From NCBI GenBank assembly GCA_965113315.1, contig OZ220372.1: DNA of 64,000 nucleotides. One strand, 5' to 3'. Position numbers and translations under genes: made by a program. The notes under the pieces are model-generated. The model did no database searches. It had not been told where the DNA came from and saw only the letters and a program-made list of their open reading frames with translations. Source of the stretch: Podarcis vaucheri. Its lineage: Eukaryota. Shown one piece after another: positions 62,145 through 64,000 of this stretch (the stretch's first letter is position 1; each line of letters opens with the position of its first letter).

Positions 62145-63639
62145 TTTAAAAAGCTCCCTTGTTTGCACATTCAGAGAAGTTAAAAGAGGAACATTGACAG
62201 TATTTCAAAAATATTTAAATGACTTGGCATTACTATTTGTGATGGTGGCTGTGAGTTAATAATGACATTTTGCCACTCACAATAAAGTGCAGCATTTTAA
62301 ACTGTAAAAATGTCTTTTATTTAAACAGGCTTTTGGGCACTAAGATTATTGGTTTTTCTCTGCTGCTCTGTATTTCAGTCTGAACTAAATTATGTTTTAA
62401 CTGGCTACCACCTTTTCATTTTTTATCTGCCATCAACTATTTTCCTTTTGGTTTATTTCGAAGGTGCTTATTTATTTTTTTATTAGAGTTTATAGTTAGG
62501 CACCTTGGTCATTTTTATGGAAAGACAGGATATAAATGTCATGAACAAATAGTTATTTATCTGAATTTATATCCTTTTCCATCCCAGGATGACTTCTGCA
62601 TGGCTTTTAAATGTCCCCAACCCATAAGTCCAAGAGACCAAATGATCTCAAATAATGTAGCAATTATGCAACACTGTTCTCTTCCCTACTGTAGTTTCTT
62701 CTACTCAAATGAAATCCAGCCTAACCAACCTACTTCATTCTCTCTGCAGAGTCATATTTTCCTTCCATCTTAATATCCTAATTTCATCCATTTCCAAAAT
62801 ATCTAAAATAGCATATTCACAACCATTCTGAGAGGCAGGTTATTGGCTACATTTTTTAAGATAACAAGCAGGTTGAGAATCACTCATGTAATGGCCCTTG
62901 GGACATTGCAATCTATACTAGTATTGCAGAAATACTACCATAAAAATTACCTGGAGGAGGAAAAAAATATTCCCTTCTGACTTGTAAACAAAAGAGCCAA
63001 GTGTAATAAAGTTAAATTCTCATTGTGGTTTGAAAATACACTCTTAATAGATGAAAATACAATTCAAGCCTCCAGTTATATTAAGCAGAGAATTGTATGT
63101 ATTCATGACTGATTCATAAGAACTTTAAAATTACTAGTACTGTACAAGGTAGTTGGTCATAAACATTTTCCTAGGAAGAGAAACTATATGGAACTTGATT
63201 TTCAATAGCTTAGTTTGTTTTAAGGCCCTACTTGATTTAAAAGCTAGAGAATGTCTATATTGGAGGATGTATTAAAAACTGTTTGAGTAACCACATTTCT
63301 GGGTCTTTTCTGTCTCTGAAGTTTGCTAAAATCTCAAAGTTGTCTTTTGTCATTTTTGCAAAGAGGGTACCTTTGGTCTCACTATGAATGGTTAGCAATG
63401 GCAAGAATAGAACTTGGGCAGATGCTCTCCAGATTTATTTAGTTCTGTCCATGCCACATGCGTTGCCTTACAAATTTTGTATGTGGTGCTTATTCTCGTA
63501 AATTGCAAATTCTGCTAGGTGATACCTCTTGACCTTTTGTTGTTAACGGAATTGAATACCCTCTATTGGAGGAACCTTATGTATGCATGATACACAACAA
63601 ATTTATAGGTACATAGAAAGCAGCAGTATACCAGATCAT

Positions 63640-63765
63640 ATTCTTGGTTCATCAAGTTCAGAACTGCCTACACTGGCAGAAGCTCTCCAGGGTCTCAGGT
63701 AGTTCTTCCAACCCTTCCAACCCAGGGACTGAACCTGGAACCTGCAAATCAGCTGCTCTACAGCC
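63640..63765 (-). mobile_element. Squam3-like tRNA SINE, degenerate
   Basis: ctacactggcagaagctctccagggtctcagg...cagggactgaacctggaacc; inverse of the 4283 fragment type. Confidence 0.55.
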
Positions 63766-63903
63766 TTTCCGCAAGAAAAGTTGGTATGTGCGTTGGATTT
63801 AAAATTGTTTTTATATATTCAGTTGTTCCATATACCGTAAGTTTTATCAAATTCTGAAATTACTTTAAGGTGCTTCATAGAAGCAATTAATAAATGAAAA
63901 TAA

Positions 63904-64000
63904 CAGTGGTACCTTGGTTCTCGAACAGCTTAGTTGTCGAACAAATTGGCTCCCGTATGCCGCAAACCCGGAAGTAGGTGTTGCGGTTTGAGAACGTTTT
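63904..64000. mobile_element. Tigger-like MITE left end, cut by the window edge
   Basis: CAGTGGTACCTTGGTTCTCGAAC TIR. Confidence 0.7.

Noticed and set aside
23319-64000. Many TGCATG hexamers in RBFOX2 introns as autoregulatory sites
   Set aside because: Roughly ten or more are expected by chance in 40 kb and no cluster flanks exon 2; a count and conservation test would be needed.

Overview
Vertebrate genomic DNA, almost certainly a squamate and probably a lacertid lizard (inferred from the Sauria SINE, BovB, CR1/L2 and MITE content). On the + strand it holds the last 12 coding exons and 3' UTR of MYH9 (non-muscle myosin IIA heavy chain, 1149 to ~10.15 kb). After a ~12 kb intergenic interval come the CpG-island promoter, exon 1 (23148-23318) and the 51-nt exon 2 (55415-55465) of RBFOX2; the rest of the window is RBFOX2 intron. 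The most interesting observations are: (1) MYH9's 105-nt last intron has an in-frame stop right at the donor and two TGCATG RBFOX elements, one on the likely branch point, which suggests an RBFOX-controlled tail-less myosin isoform. (2) A chain of minus-strand splice signals runs from the RBFOX2 CpG island towards MYH9. It includes a triplicated exon-like module and can be joined into an unannotated ~149-aa ORF, in the interval occupied by APOL genes in human. (3) Two structurally odd retroelements with intact target-site duplications: a ~1.16 kb element with an L1-like 5' end and no ORF2, and an RT-less LINE with its endonuclease fused in frame to the C-terminus. Repeat family names come from recognition only, not from database searches.
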